Counted from the stretch's first letter, positions 37,840 to 51,145 are shown. The stretch: 64,000 nt of DNA from Octopus bimaculoides (GCF_001194135.2 NC_068982.1:12860613-12924612); one strand, 5' to 3'. Numbers and translations: made by a program. Notes: a model not told the origin generated them from the letters alone.

Positions 37840-38290
37840 TACAATTCCTTTTCATCAGAGAGAAACCAACACATTCCAATCTCTTGGTGTTTTAACATGT
37901 TTGGTAAATGCTTTGTACAGATTGAATGATTCTTTCTTGCCACGCCTTACATAAACTGACCCCTCAACATCACATATGACCTGTTCTGGATGCCTTTACA
38001 TAAAATTCCTGTGATGGTGATTTCTGAAACTTTGAGGTACTTTTTGCAATGGTTCGGATTCATTTTCAATTATTTCTTGGACTTTTTGTACAAAGTTATG
38101 TGTTCTGATGGTACTAGGATCCTATGCATTTATTTCGTATTTTGCTGCTGATGTTGGAACCCTTTCAACAGCTTCCTTCTCCTTTCAAACTTTGACAACA
38201 AAGGATTGGGCCACTTTCAGGAAGCAATCTATCTCTGCATCATTATGTTGTGCTTTTTAAGACTACGGTTACAGCATGCCATTTCATTTT
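37840..38290 (-). pseudogene. Tc1/mariner (maT/DD37D-like) transposase remnant, N-terminal part
   Basis: HNDAEIDCFLKVAQSFVVKV, TIRTHNFVQKVQEIIEN, RSYVMLRGQFM, GMCWFLSDEK; frameshifted. Confidence 0.8.
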
Positions 38291-38319
38291 GTTGAGTCAA
38301 CCTGATGTCTGACATTATC

Positions 38320-39030
38320 TATAACCTATTGAGGCAAGTGAAATCAAAATCAAAATTGCTGATGTGGCTGATGACAGTACCGCCTGATTGGCACTCGTGC
38401 CAGTGGAACGTTAAAAGCACATCCAAACATGGGGTGTAACCGGTCCACTTATGAATACCCCTCATTCATTGGACAATGAACTTTGCTTGCGAAGACCTAT
38501 TGAGGCAAGTGTAAACAAATAAAAATTGCTGAGTGGCTGATGACAGTACCACCTGATTGGCACTTGTGCCAGTGGAACGTTAAAATCACATCCGAGCATG
38601 ATCATTGCCAGGGTCACAGATTGGCTCCTGTGCCAGTGACACATGAAAAGCACCATTCGAGTATGATGGTTGCCAGTGTTGCCTTACCGGCACATGTGCC
38701 AGTGGCACGTGAAAAATAACATTCGAGCATGGTGGTTGCCAGTGCTGCTGGACTGGCTCCCGTGCAGGTAGCATGTAAAAACACCATCTTGAGCATAGTC
38801 ATTGCCAGAACCACCTGACTGGCCCTCGTGCCGGTGACACATAAAAAGCACCCACTACACTCTCTGAGTGGTTGGCATTAGGAAGAGCATCCAGCTGTAG
38901 AAACTTTGCCAGGTCAGATTGAGACTGGTGCAGCCTCTGGCTCACTAGTCCTCCGTCAAACCGTCCAACCCATGCTAGCATGGAAAGTGGACGTTAAACG
39001 ATGACGATGATGATGATGATGATGATGAAA
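38320..39030 (+). mobile_element. Longest family C copy, including a duplicated 5' block
   Basis: ACCTATTGAGGCAAGTG...GGAACGTTAAAA occurs twice (about 38325 and 38495), then 4-5 ~65-bp units, tail and (GAT)n. Confidence 0.9.
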
Positions 39031-39485
39031 GTAAAGTGAAAGAAAATAAGTTAGAAGAAAGCTGGAGCCCTTGAAGGAGGTACTCTCAAAAAACTGACAC
39101 ACCCTGTCTATAAAGAACACTGTTAATACTAAACCTTATCCTGTTTCTTGTTTTTGTTGCATTTATAATTAATAAGGCTTCTCCATTTTTATTAACAGAA
39201 ATTATTAATCATGTTTTTCCACAAGTGCACTCTCTCACACAGAGTCTAATTTCACTGTGACACTAAAGATATACGAATCTGGCTTAACATCTAGAATGTC
39301 TGCATGACATTAGCCTCATATCCTAGAATGTTCAAGATATACAAGGGAAGGTGGACAGACATAGCATTGAAAACTAGATAAAGGATTAATCCTGGAAAGA
39401 CAAGGATCATGAAAATTCAAAACAATGGTCAAAAATTAAATGGTTAAAGCTATGTTATGGTAAAAAAAAAAAAAATGTAAAAAAC

Positions 39486-40145
39486 ATATACTCTTTTACT
39501 CTTTTACCTGTTTCAGTCATTTGACTGCGGCCATGCAGGAACACCACTTTTAGTCGAGCAAATCGACCCCGGGACTTATTCTTTGTAAGCCTAGTACTTA
39601 TTCCATTGGTCTCTTTTGCCGAACCGCTAAGTGACGGGGGACATAAACACACCAGCATCGGTTGTCAAGCAATGCTAGGGGGACAAACACAAACATACAC
39701 ACATCATCATCATCATCATCATTTAACGTCCGTTTTCCATGCTAGCATGAGTTGGACGATTTGACTGGGGACTGGCGAACCAGATGGCTACACCAGACTC
39801 CAACCTGATCTGGCAGAGTTTCTACAGCTGGATGCCCTTTCTAATGCCAACCACTCCGAGAGTGTAATGAGTGCTGTTACATGCCATCAGCACAAGGGCC
39901 AGTCTGGCGATACTGGCAATGGCCACACTCAAATGGTGTTTTTTACATGCCACCTGCATATATATATATATACATATATACAATGGGCTTCCTTCAGTTT
40001 CCGTCTACCAAATCCACTTTCAAGGCTTTGATCAGCCCGAGGCTATAGTAGAAGACACTTGCCCAAGATTCCACGCAGTGGGACTGAACCCAGAACCATG
40101 CGGTTCGTAAGCAAGCTCCTTACCACACAGCCACTCTTGTGCCTA
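39486..40145 (-). mobile_element. Family B SINE with a family C copy (39703-39958, minus) inserted in its central microsatellite
   Basis: B 3' half at 39486-39700 and B 5' half at 39960-40145 flank the C sequence. Confidence 0.88.
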
Positions 40146-41061
40146 TGTTAAAGAAGCAAAATTTTAGGTCCTGATGCCTCTCCAAACATCATCTATTTCT
40201 TTCTCTCTCATTCTGCCTGTCTCTCTCTCTCTCTATCTCTCTAACTCTATCCCTTCTTCCTCTCCTCTCTTTTCCTACTAAGGTAACCAAGTATCTCCTC
40301 TATAGTAAGACACCCATTTCTTTCCTTAACCTCTCTTACACTTGGTACAAAGTCTCTTCCTATGGTTCTACTCTCTCTCCTAACTGAGAGGTCATTGTCT
40401 CGTAAGTGTCTTGGTGGCCCCATATGTGCTGGTGCCACATACAAAGTATCCAGTATGTTCTGTAAAGTGCTTTGCATTAGGAAGGGCAACCTGTTGTAGA
40501 AACCATGCTAAAACAGATAATTGCAGCCTGGTAGAGCTCTTCAACTCGCCAGCTCCTGTCAAACTGTCCAAGCCATGTCTGCATGGAAAACAAATGTTAA
40601 ATGATGATGATGAGAACGTGTTGTCTTTGGCTGCATGAGTGCTTCCACACATGCAAAAATGAACTCATTTAAAAAAATATATATTTATCATATTTTTTTT
40701 TTGTACATGCTACAGCAATACTGTTATTTAGTGCAAGAAGAGTACCAATTATCAAGAGGCCGAATGCCATCTCAGTAAGGTTATTATCGAAAGCGATTGT
40801 AAAACAGAAGATAACTAACAGGGATTCTGTTGTCACTAAAATAAAAGCATAATAATGACTATTTACACATTTGCAAAGATTAAATCTTGATTATGTTTAA
40901 AGAAATTACATGAAAAGGCTTTCATTGAAGCACTCACTGAAATGTTAATAACAGCACGAAGAGAAAACATATCAGGTGAAGAAAGAAATTTTATTCTGAC
41001 GATATCAGTAATTAAAAGCACTCAAGGTCTGTTGAGTCAGATTGATAAATGACAACTGATA

Positions 41062-41128
41062 CTAGTTTACAGCGAGCTTAATAGCTTTGCCATCAATAAC
41101 ATCAAAATAGTCTTTATTAATGTTGAAC
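41062..41128 (-). CDS. Candidate terminal exon, FNINKDYFDVIDGKAIKLAVN*
   Basis: Strong acceptor ttttaatctgttatctgcaattcttcacag|; phase-2 frame is open to TAG. Confidence 0.45.
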
Positions 41129-41469
41129 CTGTGAAGAATTGCAGATAACAGATTAAAATTCTATATTTTTAACGACACAGTCGAAAAAAAAAAATAGTGT
41201 TGTTGCAAGAAATATATAAAAAAAAAAAGAGAGAGAAAAAACGAAAAGTATTTTTTTTTTAAATGAAGTTCACAAACAGAAGATAATTAAATGGTAGAAT
41301 AGAAATTGAGTAATGGAACTAGAAAGACAATTCCTATCAGCTTTAATTATGTATATATATATGTGTGTGTGTGTGTGTGTGAGTGCATATATGTGTTCAT
41401 GTATATATGTGTGTATATATGTGTGTATATATGTGTATATATATGTGTGTATATATGTGTGTGTCTCGC

Positions 41470-41880
41470 ACCGTCCGAGTGTGATCATTGCCAGAGCAGC
41501 TGCCTGGCTTCCATGCCAGTGGCATGTAAATAGCACCATTTGAGCGTAATCGTTACCAGCGTCGCCTTACTGGCACTTGTGCCGGTGGCACGAGAAAAAA
41601 CATTTAAGCGAGGTCGTTGCCAGCGCTGCTGGACTGGCTCCTGTGCAGGGGGCATGTAAAAACACCCATTTTGAGCTTGGCCGTTGCCAGTATAGCCTGA
41701 CTGGCCCTTGAATCGGTGGCACATAAAAGCACCCACTACACTCTTGGAGTGGTTAGTGTCAGGAAGGGCATCCAGCTGTAGAAACTCTGCCAGATCAGAT
41801 TAGAGCCTGGTGCAGCCATCTGGTTCGCCAGTCCCCAGTCAAATCGTCCAACCTATGCTAGCATGGAAAGTAGACGTTAA

Positions 41881-41955
<75 letters not shown>
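41470..41955 (+). mobile_element. Family C retroposon with long (GAT)n tail
   Basis: About 4 internal units plus tail. Confidence 0.9.
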
Positions 41956-41956
<1 letters not shown>

Positions 41957-42544
41957 AATATATATATATGAATATATATATACATATATATGCATATACA
42001 TATATATGTATATTTAGATATGTATGTAGTTATATGTGTATATATGTGAGTATATATGTATGTTACATAATCAATTTACAATTTGCATAATGTTTCATCC
42101 TGATGACATCATAGCTGTACCAAGAATCAATGAAGTATAGAATGTAAAGCATCACATTTTATACACAGGTAATTCTGGGTGCAGCAATACTATCTTTCAG
42201 ACGAAGCATCTTGTAGATTGTCAGCAAACTTTGAAATATTAAGTAACACACTTTACCTTCAAATGTATAGAATATTGCATTTGACTGGCAGACACCTTAG
42301 CCATATGGCTACGGATATATACATTCATACATATATTTAATGTACACAGCATTTGAAATTAGGCCTACCAATAGTTTCTTGCTATAAAACGCTGTGATTA
42401 GGCAGATTTATATAACTTGTCTTGTGTCTCCATAGCAAGAAACTATTACTAGCTCTTATTACAAATACTGGGTACATTAAATGATATTTGTCTCTCATTG
42501 GGTGAGGTACCTTTTTTGGTTGGTCCTACTTTAACAGAACTGTA

Positions 42545-42805
42545 AACTATATATCATGTGATCATGTGACTGATCAGACTATCAGATATTGTTTCATATC
42601 GCTGGTCACAATGCACTTTGCATCATTTTACCCTTCGGATGACACCACCATACTTGCTAGGTGAGTAGGCCAACATTCTCCACCGATCGAAAGGGGTCTG
42701 GAGCGATATAAAATAAAGTGCTTTGTTCAAAGAAATAATGCACCACCCAGTCTGGGAATTGAATCTACAATCTAGTGATCATGAGTGCAACAGCCTAACT
42801 ACTAT
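42545..42805 (-). mobile_element. Old tRNA-derived SINE (family D-related)
   Basis: Minus-strand tRNA-like head (TAGTAGTTAGG...GATTCAATTCCC), body and CACATGATCACATGATA tail. Confidence 0.6.
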
Positions 42806-42839
42806 GCATATGTGTGTGTGTGTGTGATATACAAAGAGG

Positions 42840-43420
42840 TAACCAAAGGTAACTGGGCCTCACTTGCTCATGGAAGATCAAAAGCTGTTATTGCTGAATG
42901 CATGTCTTATTCCTTGACCAAAGGTTATAGGCAACGGTATCATGAGAGCATTGCATCTTCTGGGCCAAATCCTTCATGGATTGGCACAGATCCTTATGGA
43001 TAAGCTTGTTCAATCATTCCTCATTGAATTGAATAGGTTTCCCAAAATGCAGAGAGCTTGTGATATCAAGTTTTCTCTCTTTGAAGCATGAAAACTATTT
43101 CTATGCAGTGATGGTATCTTCTCCATATACACCAAAAATGTCACAGGTGTTTTTTGGCAGCAGCTTTGGAACCTTGATTGATAGTGAAAAGTTGCAGGTG
43201 TCGAAACTGCTCATTTTTCTTTTCTACTTAACACTCCATCATCATATGTCTGAAAAGAGGTAAAATTTATTTAAATTTCAAAAATGATGCACAGACGTTG
43301 TAGAGTAAGAGTAGATCTGGAAAACGAAACTCCATAAGACATTTACAATAAAAATATACTTCATGTTAATTAAAGAAAAAAATTGGAAAGAAATGAATGA
43401 ATTTATTCAACAACCCAATA
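42840..43420 (-). pseudogene. Mariner (DD34D-type) element 5' remnant with TIR
   Basis: TIR-like TATTGGGTTGTTGAATAAAT at 43401-43420; from ATG at 43239: MEC*VEKKNEQFRHLQLFTINQGSKAA...VYGEDTI...LNKLIHKD...LAQKMQCSH. Confidence 0.82.
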
Positions 43421-44196
43421 TTTCCCCATTCTACTCATTTTTCTTCCATTTCCTCTAATGAATTTCTTTTTCATTTTGACTGAATTGAGAGGATTATAAC
43501 ATGGGTGTAACCAAGATATCAACCAAGATGGATTCACTATTAGCAGGCTAATTTATGTGGAATATAGAATTAAACTCAATGTAAAATAAATTATTATATT
43601 TGCATGAAGTTGTAAGGTTGGGGGTTGTCTTCCCTTTAAACTTGCCTCACACCCTTTGACGAAGAGGTGGGCGTAGGTTTGGTTTGATATATAATACTGA
43701 CACTGAAATACTTATCTATTTTAATATCTGTCACACTGGAGTCTCTAATGTATGTTATTTAAAATGATTCCCCCCATTTCCTGTTTTGACTGCAGTGGCT
43801 TAGTGTGGAGGTGGAGTTATGAATAAAAGTACTTCATTCGAGCTGTGTAAAAGGAAAGGTAGTCTGGTTGTGGGATATTCCTTTTTATTATCCTGCCAAT
43901 GGTCACTGCTCAATAAAATAATCTTTTCACATGAAAAAGAAACATAGCAAAATTGGTAAGAATGATAGGAAAATATGGAACTTATAAAATAATAAAACAA
44001 AGATTTGATATAATGTAGGAATACATTTCAGAGAAATGTATTCCTACATTATGGATTGTTTGGCGAAAAAATAATAATAAAGAAATTAGGGAAATTTTCC
44101 AAAGTTAAAGAATGGCTTTACATACAGTTCAATATTTAAGAGATGAGGAATTATGTACATTATTTACATTACTTACAGGTTTGAAATTTCCCCAAG

Positions 44197-44240
44197 ACAC
44201 CTGATGAAGGCTGCAGGGTATATCAGCCGAAACGTTGTGT
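44197..44240 (+). ncRNA. Minimal type I hammerhead ribozyme motif (Penelope-associated type)
   Basis: acac CUGAUGA a ggcug-cagggtatat-cagcc GAAA CG UU gugu; helices I and II pair and helix III is the palindrome ACGU. Confidence 0.7.
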
Positions 44241-44384
44241 TAACAACAAACAAGATAAGGACAAATATCCGTCAAATGTAAGGTTGCTTGTCATTTTTTT
44301 CAGTTTGTGGAGAAATGGCTAGAATTTGCCCTGTTTATAATTATACCATACATATATAATGTTACATATTACACTTACCTGCTG

Positions 44385-44640
44385 GATTCACAGGCATGAT
44401 TGACTATGAATATTATCTAGCTACCTCATTCTTGGTCTATTCTAGGTCTCCTTCTGGATGCATCAGTTTGAAGAATCTATCTGGCAATTTTAATCAAATG
44501 TCTAAAGTACCAGTGATCTCTTAATGCAGAGAAGTTGCAGCTTGACCTGGAGAGACTTGCCTGATCACTCAGCTACGTGCTCTGTCGAGCAGCATCACTG
44601 CAAAGATCCTTCAGAGGAGCCCCATTTCAGCTGCTTATAT
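44385..44640 (-). mobile_element. RTE-clade LINE 3' coding remnant
   Basis: AEMGLL*RIFAVMLLDRARS*VIR ... PRMR*LDNI. Confidence 0.7.
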
Positions 44641-44879
44641 TTGCAATTTTACTCTTTCAGTCATTACTCAGCATTCATGATCATAGGTGAGAAAGGCATG
44701 GAAATTGAATTAAAGGTAACAAGTTTAGACTTTTTTACCAATTTCTCCTCTTCTAAGGATTGAATACTGAAACTGGTGCATTATGGGGCCAGCACCAGTA
44801 ATTCTATCATCTAACTAAGTCTCTTGCTTCCCACCACTCATGCTTTTCATAATCAGTAGATTTCATATGTGAGAACACA

Positions 44880-45069
44880 CCATGGTTGTATATAGTATGT
44901 GGAATACTACTCTGAGATATTTTCCCTCAGCCATAGTATTGGCATTCATAATCAGCATCACTATGATAGGAATTGTTTCTGCTTTTAAGCTTCACAATTG
45001 AGTTACCTCTATTTCCAGATCTTTGTATTTTGAAAGTTTCTCCATTTCTTTTAGAGAAACATTGTCATC

Positions 45070-45071
<2 letters not shown>
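44880..45071 (-). mobile_element. R4/Dong-type (restriction-like endonuclease) LINE remnant, family 2
   Basis: TDDNVSLKEMEKLSKYKDLEIEVTQL*SLKAETIPIIV; abuts (ATT)n. Confidence 0.75.
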
Positions 45072-45156
<85 letters not shown>

Positions 45157-45780
45157 CATCATGATATATTGATTATTCTTAGTTTTGCCAACCATGAAGA
45201 ATATGCTTCACTGAAGATATTTAATAAGACTGGAACATATCCTGTACTTTCAGTAGTTAATTTTTTAAGACCAGACCCCTTCCTGCCATTATCGTTTATA
45301 CTGTCTTCAAATTTTCATCAACTGATCTTAATGGGATTATTTATTCTGCTTGTACTTTAAGATTTTAAACATCTAGAGAATTTTTTTCTACAGCTAGCTT
45401 AGTTAATTTTAGTCGATCTAAAATATAGGAGTCCCTGCAGTATCTAGTAACTGTCCACAAATTCTCAATTATTTTAAAAATTAATTTAAATTAACAAGTA
45501 GTCACAGAGTATATCTGCAGAAACATTGTCTCAAAAAGCTTAATTAAATTAGTAAAATTCAATTTGGTTATTCAGAGTTCAGAATTCTTTGGTCATAAAA
45601 ATAGTTTCATATATTTTGACGAGTATTTTTCTGTTTGAAAATAACTAATTGAGCATTTTTTTTTTATTTCTGTGTGTGCCAGTGCCTGAAATTTCTATCA
45701 GTTTAGCATCATTTAGAAATGAATTGCGTGACTATCAATTGTTTAAGCTAGAAAAATGCACACATATTATTTTAATTAAG

Positions 45781-45828
<48 letters not shown>

Positions 45829-46204
45829 GCCTTTGCACAGCTTCTAACACTGGGGATGTACTATGATGTTAGCCATTCACTACCAATGAACTTAGCTAAA
45901 ACCCCTTATTTTTCAAGCACCATCCAGTGTATTCGAGCAGTTCCAAGCAGTGTTGTTTTCTGCAAGTGTTTCACCCTTATTGCAGCCCCTATTTGTTCCA
46001 TGTAGTTCTCAAGATTTTTACTCACTGTTCCCAGGGCTCCGGCAATTATTGGTACTACTACCACCTTTTTCAGCAACCACAACTACTTAACCTCCCAAGC
46101 TAACCTGTCATATCTCTCGACTTTTCTTTCATCCTTATTGCATACCTTGTTGTCAGCTGGGCATGCTATATCTATGATCCAACATTGTTTGCTTTCTTTC
46201 TCAA
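45829..46204 (-). mobile_element. R4/Dong-type LINE 3' fragment, family 1
   Basis: KQCWIIDIACPADNKVCNKDERKVERYDRLAWEVK*LWLLKKVVVVPIIAGALG; (ATT)n on both flanks. Confidence 0.88.
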
Positions 46205-46219
46205 TTATTATTATTATTA

Positions 46220-46274
<55 letters not shown>

Positions 46275-46649
46275 GTTGCTTTTGAATCTCAAGAATACTT
46301 TTTATTGTTAAAATAGAACACCATTGCTTATAAAAATAATAGTTTTAAAATCTTGGTAGGAAAAAAAAAACGTGATGAAAAATTTGTTTGAATCTATCTA
46401 AAGGAAATGTTGAATCGATTCACTGAAATCTTTGATTCCCTTTAGTCAGCCAATTATATTTTTAAAAAAATGAGCAAGGAAGAGTAAAGAAACTCAATTA
46501 TTAAGCAATTATCTGATTTTCATTGAAGGAATGTATTTTATTTATGATCAAATTGGAAAACATTTCTTGATAGCTAGTACTGCAAATAGTTAATCAGATT
46601 GCATAAAAATAACACAAATTGTAGGCTTTTTATGCTTGCTTGGGCAGAA

Positions 46650-47660
46650 TACATTTAGAAGAACATTCAAAGTATGAATCATTAGAAAAAGTCTCCATTG
46701 CAGCTGCTGTTCTAAAATAATGATATTTTTATAAAGATCGTTTTCTATATGTGAGAAAATGTAGTATATATATATATATATATATTTCTGTTTCCATCTA
46801 TTATTGATGATATTTTCTGGGAAATATGTGGAATCCATTCCTTTGGTACTTAAAATTTCAGTTTTGTTGTCTATAGCAATTATTCTAGAATTTAGACAAC
46901 CTTGAATTTAATAAAAAAAAAGAGAAAGAAAATGAATAAGGAAATGTATGAAGACCATTTGTCACAAATGTAAGGCAATAGAAAATATCCAAATGTTGTG
47001 AAAATAATTTTATTTTTAACTGCTAGTTTTGTAATGCTTACTTTACTGTTTATTTGTCTAAAAATAACATTTGGATGTAGGTCTGATATGAAGAAAAGAG
47101 ATGTCTAATTAAACGAATACCAAACATTTGAATAAAAGATTCATTAAAAATGATAGAATAAAAATTAATATGAAATCTTTTAATAATAATAATAGTAGTG
47201 CATTTATGATGTCCTTGGAAGCAAAACTTTTTTTTAGAAATGAGGAGAAACAATCATAATTAGGTACCGAGAGCTACATGAACTATCATGTCAAATTGTT
47301 GGAAGCTAACAAATAATTCTAACTTCCATTTTTGCAAGCCAGGTTATACAAAGAATTGTTGAATTTCTGCTACCTGAAGAACTCAATTAATGCTGATAAT
47401 AGAATTGTGAATACATCATCAGAATTCTATGCTTAAAGGAAGCATAGTTACTTCTGATGAATATGGAGATCTGTCTGTGCTGCAACTTTAAATTATATAT
47501 ATTGAATGTGTCAAAGATCTTATAATGATATCAAACGATTTAGTTAAAGATGGTGAGATATATTAAGAATTCTTCCTTGTCACCACCAACTACCAAATAA
47601 TTAATTTGCTTGATATTGAAGAGAAAGATTCATTACATTACAAAATTGGCATTAATGATA
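46650..47660 (+). pseudogene. Decayed ankyrin-repeat-like coding remnant
   Basis: KKSPLQL, IKINMKSFNNNNSSAFMMS, RIVEFLLPEE/INADN, YGDLSVL...IECVKDLI, with many stops. Confidence 0.33.
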
Positions 47661-47763
47661 ATAATATATGAACTTGTGGTATTATTTAAATTGACTGAAA
47701 TATACAATGGTGACTGATGTGTTTTCAGTTCTGAACATTAATAATTCATTACTAAAATATGCT

Positions 47764-47810
<47 letters not shown>

Positions 47811-48621
47811 TTATTAGATTGGCTACTAAAGTAGCTATCTTAAATCATAGAGAACCCTTCAATTTTTATATGACACTAATTAGCTTTGGTTTGTTTTTCT
47901 GCTGAAAAATTATCCGTGAAAGAGAAATGCCATTGATGTCATTACCACTGAAAGACTATATTCAAAGAATCAACTGGATTGTAGCCAAGAATTTTCCATA
48001 AATTGATCTCACTGATATTTATGAACCATTATCAGACATAAATAATCACATATTTTGTTTGATAGTTGATAAAAATTCTTTGCCTAATAAATAGGCTTTA
48101 ATTGCTCATAACATTCTGTGTGTAGCATTTATTACTGCTATAAACTGCATAATAACTTTCTTTCATTTCTAATATTTTTAATTCATATAGCCTGTAACCT
48201 TTATCAATTACATATCTTAGAGAATTATCAGGTATAAATAAACATACGAGTTAGGAGCAATTATAGATTTAATTTTTGTATTAGTCATTTTATGCAAAGA
48301 GATGAAGCTAAAATAATCAGGCTCCTATGTATAAAAAGCATAAACAATTTAGGTTTGAATTCAAACTAACCGTTGAAAGTGGTTAGTTCTGTTATTTTAT
48401 TATGAAGAATTCAGTTTGTAAAATATTTGTAGCATAAAATTTCCTTTGAGAATTTCTCTACCTTTATTAAATTATGATTTTACTCCTCATGAATTTTACT
48501 TCAATTCATTCAAAGACTGCGTTTGATTTCAAAATCATTATGTGTGGCTTACATTTTTTTTCCTTCTATCATTTTTTCCCCTTTCCTTTGTTTTAAATTA
48601 TATTCTGAACAAAAATCTTAC

Positions 48622-48658
48622 TTTAATGGTGTTAGCACAAAATATAACAAATGTCTAA
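48622..48658 (-). CDS. Candidate 37-nt exon (phase 1-2), RHLLYFVLTPLK
   Basis: Very strong acceptor tttattttttttttatatctttgctgcag| and donor AAA|gtaaga; only one frame open, and its phase fits the 41128 exon. Confidence 0.45.
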
Positions 48659-49630
48659 CTGCAGCAAAGATATAAAAAAAAAATAAATAAACAAAACCCA
48701 CAGATAAAGAAAAAAATTTAATTAATTAAATCTGCACACATTCAAAATTACATATTCACTTCAGGTAGGATTTAGACAGCAAAATATTTTAACATTCTAA
48801 AGGAGTCTGAAATATTTGAAATTCCTTTCTAAAGAATTATTTAAAAGCTATTAACCTCAAATAACACAAAATACCCCAACATAAGTTATACAAAAAAATA
48901 TTTGGTGAAGAAAGTATTGTATTTAGCTACATTAGTATCAAACATTTAAAACTGATTTGAAGAAATCTACTTTAAATGTGTTAAACATAGGGCTTGTCAG
49001 TTTTATTTTATTTTATTTATTTTTTTTTTTTTTCATGCATTGCATTTGAGGAAAAGTGGTAGGAATAAATACTTACAAACATTCTTTTTATAGATATTCA
49101 CTGAATCAACTGTTCCCTGAAATTCTCTTGTGATTTCATTAAGCAAAGAAGGAAAAAAATTCCTATTGGGTTTCAGGCTATGTTCCCTGTGTTCCATATC
49201 TTATCACCAAGAAATTAGCAGCAATGATGTAGCAGAAGGCTTCCATATAAAGTTTGCTTATTCTGCCTACCAAAAGACGTGGAAATTCTTGAAGTGCATG
49301 CAAACTATGCTACAATAACTTGAATTATGATAATAATTAATTTTAATTCTGCACATGTTTCTGCCCAGAACTGTATTATATATAGAAAATGCCTGTTTCA
49401 TTCAAATATGTGGACTGGAAAATATGCCAAAAATGAGAAGGGTTTTGTTTTAGTTGTCTTGCTAAGTGACACCTTAGAAAACGACTTGAGTAGCTTGTAC
49501 ATTTATCTGACCTTGCCTCACTGAAGTGCAATCATGAAAGAAATAATAGCTATTATAATATCTATTATTAAAATATGAAATCCATTATTTTTTATAATAA
49601 TATCTATATTATATAATAATAATAATAATA

Positions 49631-49916
49631 GATATGACAGGTTAGCTTGGGAAGTTAAGCAGTTGTGGTCGCTGAAAAATGGTGGTAGTAGTACCAATAA
49701 TTGTCAGAGCCCAGGGAACAGTGAGTAAAGATCTTGAGAAGTACATGGAACAAATAGGGGCTGCAATAAGGGTGGAGCACTTGCAAAAAACAGCACTGCT
49801 TGGACTGCTCAAATATTCCAGATGGTACTTGAAAAATAAGAGGTGTTACCTGAGTTCACTGGTAGTGAACAGCTGACACCGTAGGACATCTCCAGGGTTA
49901 GACGCTGTGCAAAGAC
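49631..49916 (+). mobile_element. R4/Dong-type LINE 3' fragment, family 1
   Basis: YDRLAWEVKQLWSLK/MVVVVPIIVRAQGTVSKDLEKYMEQIG; (AAT)n on both flanks. Confidence 0.88.
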
Positions 49917-49921
49917 AATAA

Positions 49922-49954
<33 letters not shown>

Positions 49955-50099
49955 TATAATAATAATAATAAATGCCCAGATGCAGTACCAGGCAGTGGCT
50001 CTCATGGCTTCTGATCTTAATTGATTGAAAGTGTTGTCATGTACATTGTTTTGTCTTGGTACAAAAGATGGGCTACAGCAAATATTCTGCTTAATACCA

Positions 50100-50420
50100 A
50101 CTTCACCGCTCATCCTTTTGGGGTCGATAAATTAAGTACTAGTTGAACACTGGAATCGATGTAATCAGCTATCCCCCTTCCCCCAAATTTCAGGTCTTGT
50201 GCATCGGTGAGCTGGCAGAATTGTTAGCACACTGGATAAAATGCTTAGTGTTATTTCGTCTGTCTTTATGCTCTGAGTTCAAATTCTGCCGAGGTCAGCT
50301 TTACCTTTCATCGTTTTGGGGTCAATAAATTAAGGACCAGTTGATTACTGGGGATCAACGTAATCAACTATTCCCCTCCCCCAAATTTCAGGCCTTGTGC
50401 CTATAATAGAAAGGGTTATT
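50100..50420 (+). mobile_element. Family A SINE fragments in tandem
   Basis: A 3' fragment followed by a full copy. Confidence 0.85.
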
Positions 50421-50823
50421 ATTATGGCTATAGTATGACCAAATGGTTCAGCTGATTGATTTGCAATCAGTGGGTCAGAGAATCATATTGGAAAAATGTG
50501 ATTTTCTGTAGCTTCAGATTAATCCCTACCTTGCAAATAAAATTGACTTACTGGAATACTCAGTCACTCACAGTAATCCTTCACCATATCATGGTTCACC
50601 TATCACACCCTCAGCACACCGTGGATTTTTCTGGCTTATATATGTACATTTATATCGCAGACACCTCAGTATATTGTGGGTTTCTGTGGCTGATAGGTAT
50701 ATATGTTTATTTAGACTTTAACTATTTCTATAACAAAATAAGCATTTTCATGCCTAGAAATCAATAAATTAATAAATAGAAATACTGTACAGTACTGCAC
50801 TGTATAACACATTAATTAAACTA

Positions 50824-50950
50824 CAGGGTGTCCACAAAGTCTGGGTACATGGGGATTAACACATACTTTAAGAAATTATTATTTCTTATATTTAATTGTT
50901 TATGTTATGATTTTATTTACTCCATGTACCCAGACCTTGTGGATACCCTG
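50824..50950. mobile_element. 127-bp Tc1/mariner-type MITE
   Basis: TA-CAGGGTGTCCACAAAGTCTGGGTACATGG ... CCATGTACCCAGACCTTGTGGATACCCTG. Confidence 0.85.
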
Positions 50951-51145
50951 AATATTAAATGAAAATACATATTGTACTGCAGATGAGTAAACAAAGACTC
51001 ACACATACTATATGGAAAATGAAACTTGGGAGGCAAGTGGGTGGTGTTGTTTTGCATTTATAATAAAATAAATATATACAAATTATGAAAATAAAAAAAA
51101 AAATATATACAATACGGTACTGTTTCTAGTTTGTGGATTTTCACT

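Noticed and set aside
38340-38420. CTGATGA and CTATTGA..GAAA motifs in the family C 5' block as possible hammerheads
   Set aside because: No helix II followed by GAAA and no closing helix I.
38590-38850. Regularly spaced repeats resembling a CRISPR array
   Set aside because: Eukaryotic context, units are contiguous and homologous with no unique spacers, and they form part of a dispersed retroposon.
44379-44420. Perfect minus-strand donor CAGCAG|gtaagt suggesting an exon
   Set aside because: The segment is part of an RTE LINE remnant (PRMR*LDNI) and has no credible acceptor.
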